IMG/VR virus record: IMGVR_UViG_3300035524_000014
DNA: 64,000 nucleotides
Source: a virus
Strand: one strand, 5' to 3'
Notes under the pieces: model-generated
The model's database searches: none
Told to the model about the DNA's origin: nothing
The model's input: only the letters and a program-made list of their open reading frames with translations
Shown: positions 1 through 7,413 of the stretch, one piece after another
Position numbering within the stretch: position 1 is the stretch's first letter
How the letters are laid out: each line of letters begins with the position of its first letter
Made by a program: the position numbers and the translations under genes

Positions 1-1594
1 TATCCATGATTTCTTTGATGGTGTAGGTTTCCTTCAGTTCACCTTGTGCAGCCACGAATTGCTTTGTGCCGAGAGCACACGCCCCGGTGATCACGCGGTA
101 GGCTTCAATGGCTTGCTGAAAGGTGAACTCATGGTCAAGGGCAAGGCTTTCATAATCACTTTTGTCCCTGTCTGAGATTTTGTAGATCAAGTCCATGTGG
201 GCTTCCCGAATGGTCTTACCGTGTGCGTAGCGGCCTTCGCCGTCAGTCACCACATAAGATGTTTCGGTTTTTCCGATCTGCTTGACCTTTCGGACGTTAT
301 CACGCTTGTTGATAACTTCGGAAAAGATCCCATCTACCAGAATATACCTGCCTTCCTGCCAAGTCAGCATATCAGGAACTTTTCTGTTGACGTGGGCGGT
401 TTCCGTGACGCCTGTGCCTTCAAGGTCAAGAAGGCCCCCAACAGTCAGGTTATCGGGCAACTTCGCGATGGGTGTGTTTCTGAGGTCAAGCCACCCCCCA
501 ACAGTCAGGTTGTCGGGCAATTCCGTGATGCCTGTGTTTCGGAGGGCAATTCCCCTACCAACAGTTAGGTTATCGGGCAACGCTGTGATGCTCGAACCCT
601 GGAGGTCAAGAAAACCTCCGACAGTTAGATTGTCGGGCAGTGCCGTGATACCTGTGTTTCGGAGGGCAATTCCCCTACCAACAGTCAGATTATCAGGTAG
701 TTCCGTGATGCTTGTTCCTTCGAGGTCAAGAAAACCTCCGACAGTCAGATTGTCGGGCAGTGCCGTGATACCTGTGTTTCGGAGGTAGAGATTTTCTCCA
801 ACAGTCAGATTGTCGGGCAATTCCGTGATGTTTGTTCCTTCGAGGTCAAGCCTTCCTCCGACAGTCAAATTATCAGGCAATTCTGCGATGCCCGTGCTTT
901 GGAGGTAGAGAGACCCTCCGACGGTCAGATTATCAGGCAATTCCGCGATGCCTGTGTTTTGGAGGCAGAGATTTCCTCCAACAGTCAGGTTATCAGGCAA
1001 CGCTGTGATGCTTGAACCCCGGAGGTCAAGATCACCTCCAATAGTCAGGTTATCTAGTAACGCCACGATGTCTGTGTTTTGGAGGTTAAGAAAATCTCCA
1101 ACAGTCAGGTTATCGGGCAATTCCGTGATGCCTGTGTATCGGAGGTCGAGATATCCACCAACAGTCAGGTTATCGGGCAATTCCGTGATGCCTGTGTATC
1201 GGAGGTCGAAATCACCCCCAATAGTCAGATTATCGGGCAGTGCTGCGATGCTCGAACCCCGGAGGTCAAGATCGCCTCCTACAATCAGATTGTCGGGGAG
1301 TGCCGTGATGTCTGTATTTTGGAGGCAGAGATTTTCTCCAATAGTCAGATTGTCGGGCAATTCCGTGATACCTGAACCCCGGAGGTCGAGATATCCACTA
1401 ACAGTCAGGTTATCGGGCAGTGCCGTGATGCCTGTGCCTTCAAGGTCAAGAAAACCTCCGACGGTCAGATTATTGGGCAATTCCGTGATGCTCGTGTTTC
1501 TGAGGTCGATATCACCGTCCAAATTGTACTTAACATTCCTAACAACAAGGTAATTACCTTCTACATAAGCAACCGTTTCATTCTTCTTGGACAT
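1..1594 (-). CDS. LRR-like tandem-repeat protein, paralog A (C-terminal end runs off the left edge of the window)
   Basis: The reverse-strand frame is open from the window edge up to ATG 1594, with AAGGAG 8 nt upstream; another in-frame ATG lies at 1600. The N-terminus MSKKNETVAYVEG and the C-terminal domain are collinear with ORF 7379..8746. Bases 1-300 nearly match 7430-7730. It is absent from the ORF track because there is no stop inside the window. Confidence 0.8.
   Translation of the reverse strand, partial: MSKKNETVAYVEGNYLVVRNVKYNLDGDIDLRNTSITELPNNLTVGGFLDLEGTGITALPDNLTVSGYLDLRGSGITELPDNLTIGENLCLQNTDITALPDNLIVGGDLDLRGSSIAALPDNLTIGGDFDLRYTGITELPDNLTVGGYLDLRYTGITELPDNLTVGDFLNLQNTDIVALLDNLTIGGDLDLRGSSITALPDNLTVGGNLCLQNTGIAELPDNLTVGGSLYLQSTGIAELPDNLTVGGRLDLEGTNITELPDNLTVGENLYLRNTGITALPDNLTVGGFLDLEGTSITELPDNLTVGRGIALRNTGITALPDNLTVGGFLDLQGSSITALPDNLTVGRGIALRNTGITELPDNLTVGGWLDLRNTPIAKLPDNLTVGGLLDLEGTGVTETAHVNRKVPDMLTWQEGRYILVDGIFSEVINKRDNVRKVKQIGKTETSYVVTDGEGRYAHGKTIREAHMDLIYKISDRDKSDYESLALDHEFTFQQAIEAYRVITGACALGTKQFVAAQGELKETYTIKEIMD
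400..1515 (-). repeat. About 17 tandem 66-nt (22-aa) LRR-like coding repeats inside paralog A
   Basis: A periodic motif ..caacagtcag(g/a)ttatcgggca.. recurs every 66 nt. The antisense frames in the ORF track show the same period (PTVRLSGN.. every 22 aa). Confidence 0.85.
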
Positions 1595-1624
1595 TTTCAT
1601 TTCTCCTTTTTTGGATATTCCATG

Positions 1625-2227
1625 CTAGGCAAAGAGCCTAACAGAGATATCATGTCCATACTGACCTTTAGTGATATCCATGATCTCTTTGATGGTGTAG
1701 ATATCCTTCAATTCATCTTGTTCAGCCACGAATTGCTTGGTTCCGAGTGCACACGCCCCGGTGATCACGCGGTAGGCTTCAATCGCTTGCTGAAAGGTGA
1801 ATTCATGGTCAAGAGCAAGACCTCTGTAATCACTTTTGTCCCTGTCTGATATTTTGTAGATCGGGTCTTCACGGGTTTACCGAATGGTCGAACCGTGTGC
1901 ATAGCGGCCTTCGCCGTCAGCCACAATATACGAGGTTTCGGTTTTTCCGATCTGCTTGACCTTCCGGAAGTTATCACGCTTGTTGATAACTTCGGAAAAG
2001 ACCCCGCCTACCAGAATATACCCGCTTCCCCTCCACATCGGCATATCAGGCATTTTTCTGTTGACGTGGGGGGTTTCCGTGGTGTCTGTGTTTCTGAAGT
2101 TAAGAGAACCACCAACAATCAGCTTGTCGGACAACTCCGTGGTGTCTGTGTTTCTGAAGTTAAGAGAACCACCAACAATCAGCTTGTCGGACAATTCCGT
2201 GATGCCTGATTCATTCTTCTTGGACAT
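1625..2227 (-). pseudogene. LRR-like paralog B with only 2 repeats, interrupted by one in-frame TAA (1877..1879)
   Basis: ORF 1877..2251 (..YAHGSTIR*) continues in the same frame after the TAA as TREDPIYKISDRDKSDYRGLALDHEF...QYGHDISVRLFA* (TAG at 1625..1627). The homologous codon in paralog C is GAA. The first ATG of the family is ACG here, so ATG 2227 (AAGGAG 8 nt upstream) is the usable start. Confidence 0.75.
2079..2198 (-). repeat. Near-perfect 2 x 60-nt tandem duplication in paralog B
   Basis: ggtgtctgtgtttctgaagttaagagaaccaccaacaatcagcttgtcggacaa(c/t)tccgt occurs twice back to back, encoding TELSDKLIVGGSLNFRNTDT x2. Confidence 0.9.
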
Positions 2228-2260
2228 TTCCGTTTCTCCTTTTTGTTTCAAGATGATTAG

Positions 2261-2289
2261 GTTCTAGCAAAGAAATGATTAGTTGTCAA
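2261..2289 (-). promoter_or_regulatory. Sigma70-like promoter for LRR paralog B (and probably A)
   Basis: Reverse strand reads TTGACA (2284-2289), a 17-nt spacer, then TAGAAC (2261-2266). The same architecture and sequence sits upstream of paralog C at 8756..8784. Confidence 0.6.
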
Positions 2290-2291
2290 GT

Positions 2292-2332
2292 AAAAGGTAA
2301 AAGAAAAGCCTAAGAAATAAATCTCAGGCTTT
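2292..2332 (-). terminator. Intrinsic terminator downstream of the tRNA cluster
   Basis: Reverse strand has stem AAAGCCT / AGGCTTT (2326-2332 / 2305-2311) with a 14-nt loop, followed by TCTTTTACCTTTTA. Confidence 0.55.
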
Positions 2333-2412
2333 GGTGGTAGAAGCTCGAAACTACCCGCGTTTTAATTTGTTACACTAGGTGTTCGCCACACCCTCGATAG
2401 GCTTTTTGAATA

Positions 2413-2488
2413 TGGGGCCGGATGGGGGAGTTGAACCCACGGCAAAAGGTTTACAAAGCCCCCGCTCTACCCGCTGAGCTAATCCGGC
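2413..2488 (-). tRNA. tRNA-Thr (anticodon UGU)
   Basis: A 76-nt cloverleaf. Acceptor GCCGGAT/ATCCGGC, D arm GCTC-AGCGGGTA-GAGC, anticodon loop TTTGTAA, T arm GTGGG-TTCAACT-CCCCC, CCA encoded. The anticodon stem is weak (two G-T pairs and one C/A mismatch) and the T stem has one mismatch. Confidence 0.75.
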
Positions 2489-2874
2489 TGAAATTTTATG
2501 ATATAGAATCCCCGCCTATTCTACATCTAAGGACTCCCTATCAGGCCCACGTCCTTATCCCTTTATTACACCCATCAAGCCTTTGTAGTACAATCCGGCT
2601 GAAAATGTGGAGCCGCGTTGAGGACTTTAACCCCGCACACATTGCTCATTTATTCTCGTCCTTTTCTTTTTGAATAAAGGTTGAAATTAAAAATCGTTTA
2701 TTAAATAGTAAATCTATTATATTCTCTATAGGTTTTTATTACGGATTTATTAAATATTTTTCTTTTTTGTTCATGGGTTAACTTTCTATTTTCTTTAATA
2801 AAGAATTTTCCAATCCTTATTATATGGATATTCTAGTTCTATTCTCATAAAAACCTCCAATAAATTAAGTTGAT

Positions 2875-2967
2875 TGGGCCTACCGCACGGAATCGAACCG
2901 TGGCTAACCGCTGATCTGGCGTTCGAGCTTATAAGACTCGTCGTGCTTCCAATTACACTACGGTAGG
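2875..2967 (-). tRNA. Atypical 93-nt tRNA with a long extra arm and an apparent UAU anticodon
   Basis: Acceptor CCTACCG/CGGTAGG, D arm GTGT-AATTGGAA-GCAC, anticodon stem CGAGT/GCTCG with loop CTTATAA. A 21-nt extra arm AACGCCAGATCAGCGGTTAGC, T arm CACGG-TTCGATT-CCGTG, discriminator C, CCA encoded. Confidence 0.7.
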
Positions 2968-2987
2968 TAATTAATCATATCGGAGAT

Positions 2988-3016
2988 ATTCTACCACTTT
3001 TTACATAGTTTGTCAA
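2988..3016 (-). promoter_or_regulatory. Sigma70-like promoter in front of the 93-nt tRNA
   Basis: Reverse strand reads CTTGACAAA, with TTGACA (3011-3016), 17 nt, then TAGAAT (2988-2993). The tRNA 5' end lies 21 nt downstream. Confidence 0.7.
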
Positions 3017-3057
3017 GTAATATTATTTCAAACAGCATGTCAAGAAATTTGTTATTC

Positions 3058-3139
3058 TAGCGGCGGCGGGAGTCGAACCCGCATGGTATAAAACCGAGGG
3101 GGCTTAAACCTCTTGTGTTTGTCGTTTCACCACGCCGCT
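3058..3139 (-). tRNA. tRNA-Leu (anticodon UAA), type II, no encoded CCA
   Basis: Acceptor AGCGGCG/CGCCGCT, anticodon arm AGAGG-TTTAAGC-CCCCT (one A/C mismatch). Variable arm CGGTTTTATACCAT, T arm GCGGG-TTCGACT-CCCGC, discriminator A followed by GAA. It is collinear with my recollection of E. coli tRNA-Leu(UAA). Confidence 0.85.
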
Positions 3140-3247
3140 AGAAATTTAGGTTTAAGGAAATACACGGAATAGATCAAACCTAAAACCATCTATCCGGAAC
3201 GCTTCGTTTTCAGGCTATTGCCACGGTAACTAAGCCTAACCTTTTTT

Positions 3248-3276
3248 AGTATAACTCATTTATTATTCTTTGTCAA
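3248..3276 (-). promoter_or_regulatory. Sigma70-like promoter upstream of tRNA-Leu
   Basis: Reverse strand reads TTGACA (3271-3276), 17 nt, then TATACT (3248-3253). The -35 lies inside the last codons of the 55-aa ORF. A leader of roughly 100 nt contains an 8-bp hairpin (GGATAGAT..ATCTATTCC, about 3157-3186). Confidence 0.65.
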
Positions 3277-3430
3277 CCTTTTCTTTGAGGAAAAAAGACA
3301 TTTCTTCAACACTCCCATCTTGACAAACATTGACCACCAATCCTCGGTTTTTATATTTGTTGTTTACGTAATCTACCACAACATTAAAAACTTCATCTTC
3401 AGTTAGTGTAACCAGAATTTCCTCTTTCAT
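3263..3430 (-). CDS. Hypothetical 55-aa protein (below the ORF-track cutoff)
   Basis: AAAGGAGG lies 6 nt upstream of ATG 3430. Product: MKEEILVTLTEDEVFNVVVDYVNNKYKNRGLVVNVCQDGSVEEMSFFLKEKVDKE*. A promoter lies immediately upstream. Confidence 0.6.
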   Translation of the reverse strand: MKEEILVTLTEDEVFNVVVDYVNNKYKNRGLVVNVCQDGSVEEMSFFLKEKVDKE

Positions 3431-3459
3431 CCTCTTCCTCCTTTGTTTAAGTTGAACCT

Positions 3460-3488
3460 CTTATAGCAAATCTATTTATGTTTGTCAA
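3460..3488 (-). promoter_or_regulatory. Sigma70-like promoter for the 55-aa ORF
   Basis: Reverse strand reads TTGACA (3483-3488), 17 nt, then TATAAG (3460-3465). The leader ..TTCAACTTAAACAAAGGAGG is shared with the next promoter cassette. Confidence 0.65.
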
Positions 3489-3664
3489 GATGTTTTTTTA
3501 TTTTTCTTAGGAAGGTCATGTTTCCCGTTGAAAATATTGTCTCTAAGGAAATCTCCAGCATCGTAGAGACCCAGTCTATTTGCTACTTCCCACAGATATC
3601 TAAGTTGAACATCGAGGGATTCCTGACTTTGGCGCATTGGAGGAAGTATCTCAATGTCAATCAT
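3485..3664 (-). CDS. Hypothetical 59-aa protein (below the ORF-track cutoff)
   Basis: AAGGGG lies upstream of ATG 3664. Product: MIDIEILPPMRQSQESLDVQLRYLWEVANRLGLYDAGDFLRDNIFNGKHDLPKKNKKTS*. Its TGA stop is embedded in the next TTGACA box. Confidence 0.6.
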   Translation of the reverse strand: MIDIEILPPMRQSQESLDVQLRYLWEVANRLGLYDAGDFLRDNIFNGKHDLPKKNKKTS

Positions 3665-3694
3665 TTTTTAACCCCTTTTGTTTAAGTTGAATGT

Positions 3695-3723
3695 CGTATA
3701 CTAAAACTATGTACGTTTGTCAA
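3695..3723 (-). promoter_or_regulatory. Sigma70-like promoter for the 59-aa ORF
   Basis: Reverse strand reads TTGACA (3718-3723), 17 nt, then TATACG (3695-3700), followed by leader ..TTCAACTTAAACAAAAGGGG. Confidence 0.6.
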
Positions 3724-3730
3724 GGGATTT

Positions 3731-4066
3731 TTATATTTGTTGTAGTTGTTTTTTAAGTGTATCTATTTTTTTCTTTTTTTTACGTTTTTCATACTCTATT
3801 TCTTTTTCTATAGTACGTTTATATTCATCATAATTATTAATAAAATTAGGGTCTTTCTCTTCTGCTGTGTTATATATAAGTATTTCTTTAATAAAATAAT
3901 CCTTGTTTTTAGATTCAGACCACTTACATCGTCTACCCATAATACCGGGTCGATAATCCATATATTTAATTGCTTCTTTATATGTAGTAAATGCGCAAGT
4001 AAAATTGGACGAACCTCTTCCTTCTACCATGTCATCCTGTTCGTATACTGCGTAAATTGTGGTCAT
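3731..4066 (-). CDS. Hypothetical protein with a lysine-rich C-terminus
   Basis: A 111-aa ORF packed tightly after the primase gene. No motif recognised. Confidence 0.6.
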   Translation of the reverse strand: MTTIYAVYEQDDMVEGRGSSNFTCAFTTYKEAIKYMDYRPGIMGRRCKWSESKNKDYFIKEILIYNTAEEKDPNFINNYDEYKRTIEKEIEYEKRKKKKKIDTLKKQLQQI

Positions 4067-4079
4067 AGTTTTTCTCCTT

Positions 4080-4979
4080 CTATTTAAAAATTTCTTTTCG
4101 CAATTCTTCTATTTCAGTTAAAGAACGATCTCCGACATCCAATGTTTCTGAACCATGCCACAAAACCGTTCTGCTGTCAAGTCCAATCAGAGATATTTTT
4201 TGAGAAATCTTTGAAGCAGCTTCTTTTCCTGCTTTATCGGGGTCAAAAAGAACTGTCACTTTATTGACCCCCTGCTTCTTCAAAAAAGATATTTGTTTGT
4301 TTGTTACTTCTACGCCCATGGTAGATATTGCCCCACTTCCAAATCTCCATCTATCAATCAGTCCCTCAACAAGAACTGCATGGTTTCCTACTTCATCCAA
4401 TCCATATAAGCACTGTTTAACCGGAATGATTGAATGTTCTGTTAATGCGTTCTTATATCTAGGAAGCATATGATCAAAAATAGCTCTGCCTAAATATGAA
4501 ACACACTTGTTTTGCATATAAATGGGAACAATTATTCTATATTGCCACAACTTATTTAACATTCCAAAGGCTTTTAATCCAAATCTGAGTTCAAGAAAAT
4601 CAGGATCAAACCCCCTGTTCCTAAGATATTCTTTGTGTGGTCTTGGTAGATTTTCAACCATTCCATGAGGAAATTTCAAGGAACCACATATCTCTTCTTT
4701 TTGATAAACAGGAAACGCGGTTTTAGATTCTTTAAATCTTTTATATATTTCTTTGGACGAAGCCCCTGTAAAATGCTTTACAAAATCATAAACAGAACCT
4801 TTGTGCTGACATACCCAACAAGAACACGCGCCGGTAAATATATTCACACCGTAGTGGTTGCCTCCTTTCCCACAAGAGGGACAGACAGGCAAGCCTAGAT
4901 AGTTTTTACCTACGTTCTCCGTTCCCGGTTCAGCAAAGGGAACATTAAATTTAGTCAGAAAAGCCCTTACGTCGAGCAT
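4080..4979 (-). CDS. DNA primase (zinc ribbon plus TOPRIM, DnaG/T7 gp4-like)
   Basis: Zinc ribbon CPSCGKGG..CSCWVCQHKG. TOPRIM acidic motifs VLVEGLIDRW and VTVLFDPDKAGKEAA. Confidence 0.85.
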   Translation of the reverse strand: MLDVRAFLTKFNVPFAEPGTENVGKNYLGLPVCPSCGKGGNHYGVNIFTGACSCWVCQHKGSVYDFVKHFTGASSKEIYKRFKESKTAFPVYQKEEICGSLKFPHGMVENLPRPHKEYLRNRGFDPDFLELRFGLKAFGMLNKLWQYRIIVPIYMQNKCVSYLGRAIFDHMLPRYKNALTEHSIIPVKQCLYGLDEVGNHAVLVEGLIDRWRFGSGAISTMGVEVTNKQISFLKKQGVNKVTVLFDPDKAGKEAASKISQKISLIGLDSRTVLWHGSETLDVGDRSLTEIEELRKEIFK

Positions 4980-4981
4980 AT

Positions 4982-5203
4982 TTATTCTACCGTTCTATCT
5001 AAGAAAATAAGACTATGTTTATCAGCAAGAGTGTTCCCATATCTAACAGCATCAAGATAATCATCGAAGGTTATTGTTGAAAATAAATTAACATATTGCA
5101 GTGAACTTTTTGTATATGTATAGGATACTTTTATACTCTTTCGGTAAGTATTATCGTATTCAATAAAGTATATTTTACGGGAGTTAAATAACCAATCAAA
5201 CAT
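4982..5203 (-). CDS. Hypothetical protein
   Basis: A 73-aa ORF in an operon-like array between the methyltransferase and primase genes. Confidence 0.5.
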   Translation of the reverse strand: MFDWLFNSRKIYFIEYDNTYRKSIKVSYTYTKSSLQYVNLFSTITFDDYLDAVRYGNTLADKHSLIFLDRTVE

Positions 5204-5217
5204 ATGTTACCCTTACT

Positions 5218-5754
5218 TTATTTTACTAATTTTTTATTTATACGCTCAAAACATATTTGTGTGGGCAGTAATTTAGAACAAACGTAAACACTGCTGAAAG
5301 GAGGATTAAGTGAAGGCTTTTGATCCTCATAATTTTTAAAATATGCGACCCTTCTATTTAAATAAAGAATTTCAAATTCATTTTCCTTAAACATTGAAAA
5401 TCTTTTTTCGCTTTCAAAAAGACCGGCTACCCCTACTAACATAGCGAACGGAATTTCTAGTTTAAATAAGTAATCCAATACATCTCCTTTGATAGAGTAT
5501 GGAGGATTAGATACAATACAATCACAATCAGGAATAGATATATTAAAGAAATTCTGATTGTCACATATATGTGTATGAATAACAACGAACCCCTCTTCTT
5601 GTAATACCTTTACGAACCAACTTTCCTTAGTATCAAAAGGACACCAAATAGTAGTAAACTTTTTATTTTTTAAATAATTAATGATAGGAAGCACCGCATA
5701 TTTTGGTGTGTAAAATTCATCATTCTTACTATTAGCAACCAAATCTAGTTTCAT
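5218..5754 (-). CDS. DNA amino-methyltransferase (NPPY motif, probably N6-adenine)
   Basis: N-terminal DEFYTP motif and catalytic IVSNPPYS. Confidence 0.75.
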   Translation of the reverse strand: MKLDLVANSKNDEFYTPKYAVLPIINYLKNKKFTTIWCPFDTKESWFVKVLQEEGFVVIHTHICDNQNFFNISIPDCDCIVSNPPYSIKGDVLDYLFKLEIPFAMLVGVAGLFESEKRFSMFKENEFEILYLNRRVAYFKNYEDQKPSLNPPFSSVYVCSKLLPTQICFERINKKLVK

Positions 5755-5757
5755 AAT

Positions 5758-7413
5758 CTACCCCACAATTCGTTTTGCTGTTTTATTTTTATACCCAACC
5801 AAACCAATAATATATTCGTCTAGAGTATCCTCAATATAAGGATAGACAACCAAACATTCTTCCGTTTGCCCTACTCTATGGAATCTATCTTCAGCCTGAT
5901 TATGCACCACTGCTTTCCAATCCATTTCACTTTGTACCATATAGGAACTTTTTGTTAATGTCAAGCCTTCTGAGCAAGCATCTAGTGATAACACGATTAA
6001 TTTCTTCTCACCTGATTGAAATTGTTTGACAAATTTTGTTCTATCTTTACTATTTGTCCCTCCTGAAATATATAATGCTTTATTTTTATATATTTCCTTA
6101 TATTTATAAAACACTTCTTTATGATAACAAAATAGGATAACTGATTTATTTTCTTTCAACTTTTCGTTTACCATATCTACTACAAAAGGAACTTTCAACA
6201 AACCAATATCGATTCTGGCCCTTTGAATGGTTTTATTTCTCTTCAATTTAGCAGGAATTTCATCCATTTTAGAAAAATCAGAGAAACCTTCTTTTTTAAG
6301 AACATTCCTCATTTTGCTGATTGAAGAAAAACCAGGCATTGACTCATTTACATCTAAAGATAGAAACTCCCTTCTTTTTTCTGGAAGCTGATTTTCAATA
6401 TCCTCTTTTGTTCTCCTTATCAAATAGTGCATTTTTAAAATACGAGAAAGAAGCCGCTGATTGCTTGCCCCGGTATTTATCATTCCGTATTTACCTTTTT
6501 TAAGATCACAAAATGTTTTCTCAAATAGTCTTTTATTTCCCCATATGAAATCAGGATCAATTAATTGAAGAATATGCCTAATATCTCTAATGTAATTCTT
6601 TAAAGGAGTGCCTGACATTCCTAGAACAAACTCAGAAGTAGAGCAGATATCCCTTAAAACTTTACTTCTCTTGCTAGTGGAGTTACAGAAATAATGGATT
6701 TCATCAATAATTACATAGCTAAACTGTTGTTTGCGTAGAACAAATCTGTGTTTATGAAGAATATCGTTATTTATTACAAATATGTTATGATGATCAAATG
6801 CTGATTTTGGTGTATTGCTATCTACAATATATGCCTCTGTTTTATTACAAACACATTTTTCCCATTCTTTTTTCCAGTTTCCTTTTACAGAATTAGGGCA
6901 AACAATGAGAACTTTCGAATCTTTGTTGAATTTTTCATATTTTTTATAAGAAACAAAAGCATTATATAAGAGGATAGCTTGAAATGTTTTACCTAGCCCC
7001 GGAACGTCCCCTTGCAATGCTCCTTTATACCCTTTATCATATCTATCCAGAATCATTTCAACTCCACTTTCTTGATATGGAAGCGGAGTCAGCTTTGATT
7101 TGAAATTAAAATGGGAGTTTGGAATTGTTTTGTTTACATTTTTTATATTATCCTTTAGCCAAACAAAATGCTCTCTAACTTCCTTGTATCTAGGAGAGTT
7201 AAGAAGAATTTTTGCGTTTGTTGGGTAATATTTGAAAATTGTCTTGAAAACAAAATCAAATTGAAACACCGGGGCGGCGTATTGCTCATATTGAACTAGG
7301 AAAACCACTCCATAAAGAGAGGTTAATTCTTCGTGGAGTGGTTTGTTTTTTGGTAGGTTAAAGTAGAAATATTTCATATCACGCAAAGAACTCCACAAAA
7401 GCATCATGTCCAT
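5758..7413 (-). CDS. SNF2-family DEAD/H helicase
   Basis: Motif I GLGKT, motif II IIDEIHYF, motif III SGTPLKN, motif VI QAEDRFHRVGQ. The alternative start ATG 7377 (MKYFYF) would remove the 35-nt overlap with the LRR gene. Confidence 0.9.
   Translation of the reverse strand: MDMMLLWSSLRDMKYFYFNLPKNKPLHEELTSLYGVVFLVQYEQYAAPVFQFDFVFKTIFKYYPTNAKILLNSPRYKEVREHFVWLKDNIKNVNKTIPNSHFNFKSKLTPLPYQESGVEMILDRYDKGYKGALQGDVPGLGKTFQAILLYNAFVSYKKYEKFNKDSKVLIVCPNSVKGNWKKEWEKCVCNKTEAYIVDSNTPKSAFDHHNIFVINNDILHKHRFVLRKQQFSYVIIDEIHYFCNSTSKRSKVLRDICSTSEFVLGMSGTPLKNYIRDIRHILQLIDPDFIWGNKRLFEKTFCDLKKGKYGMINTGASNQRLLSRILKMHYLIRRTKEDIENQLPEKRREFLSLDVNESMPGFSSISKMRNVLKKEGFSDFSKMDEIPAKLKRNKTIQRARIDIGLLKVPFVVDMVNEKLKENKSVILFCYHKEVFYKYKEIYKNKALYISGGTNSKDRTKFVKQFQSGEKKLIVLSLDACSEGLTLTKSSYMVQSEMDWKAVVHNQAEDRFHRVGQTEECLVVYPYIEDTLDEYIIGLVGYKNKTAKRIVG

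Noticed and set aside
400-1515. Regular 66-nt periodicity could suggest a CRISPR array.
   Set aside because: There are no unique spacers between conserved repeats. The whole array is one open reading frame encoding 22-aa LRR-like units, and the repeats are degenerate rather than identical.
197-1553. Long plus-strand ORFs (197..568, 282..788, 948..1553, 1079..1375). Similar ones occur at 1895..2267 and 7649..8755.
   Set aside because: They are antisense to the LRR-like genes. Their periodic PTVRLSGN/NSQVIGQ translations are just the reverse reading of the 66-nt coding repeat. They have no ribosome-binding sites, and the minus-strand frame has the RBS, the conserved termini and the paralog support.
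2331-2410. tRNA-like 3' end (..GGTAGTTTCGAGCTTCTACCACCA on the minus strand).
   Set aside because: There is only a 5-bp stem with a 10-nt loop directly followed by ACCA. No acceptor partner and no D or anticodon arms could be drawn.
2481-2604. The 13-nt direct repeat as a phage attachment (att) core in a tRNA gene.
   Set aside because: The repeat covers the 5' end of the tRNA rather than the usual 3' end. No integrase or excisionase is present in the window, and both copies lie inside phage sequence.
2422-2673. An 83-aa plus-strand ORF.
   Set aside because: It runs antisense through tRNA-Thr and the structured spacer and has no RBS. The sequence is explained by the tRNA.
3145-3240. Possible fourth tRNA in the leader upstream of tRNA-Leu.
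   Set aside because: It contains an 8-bp hairpin and a bulged terminal stem, but no anticodon arm or T-loop consensus. It is treated as a structured leader only.
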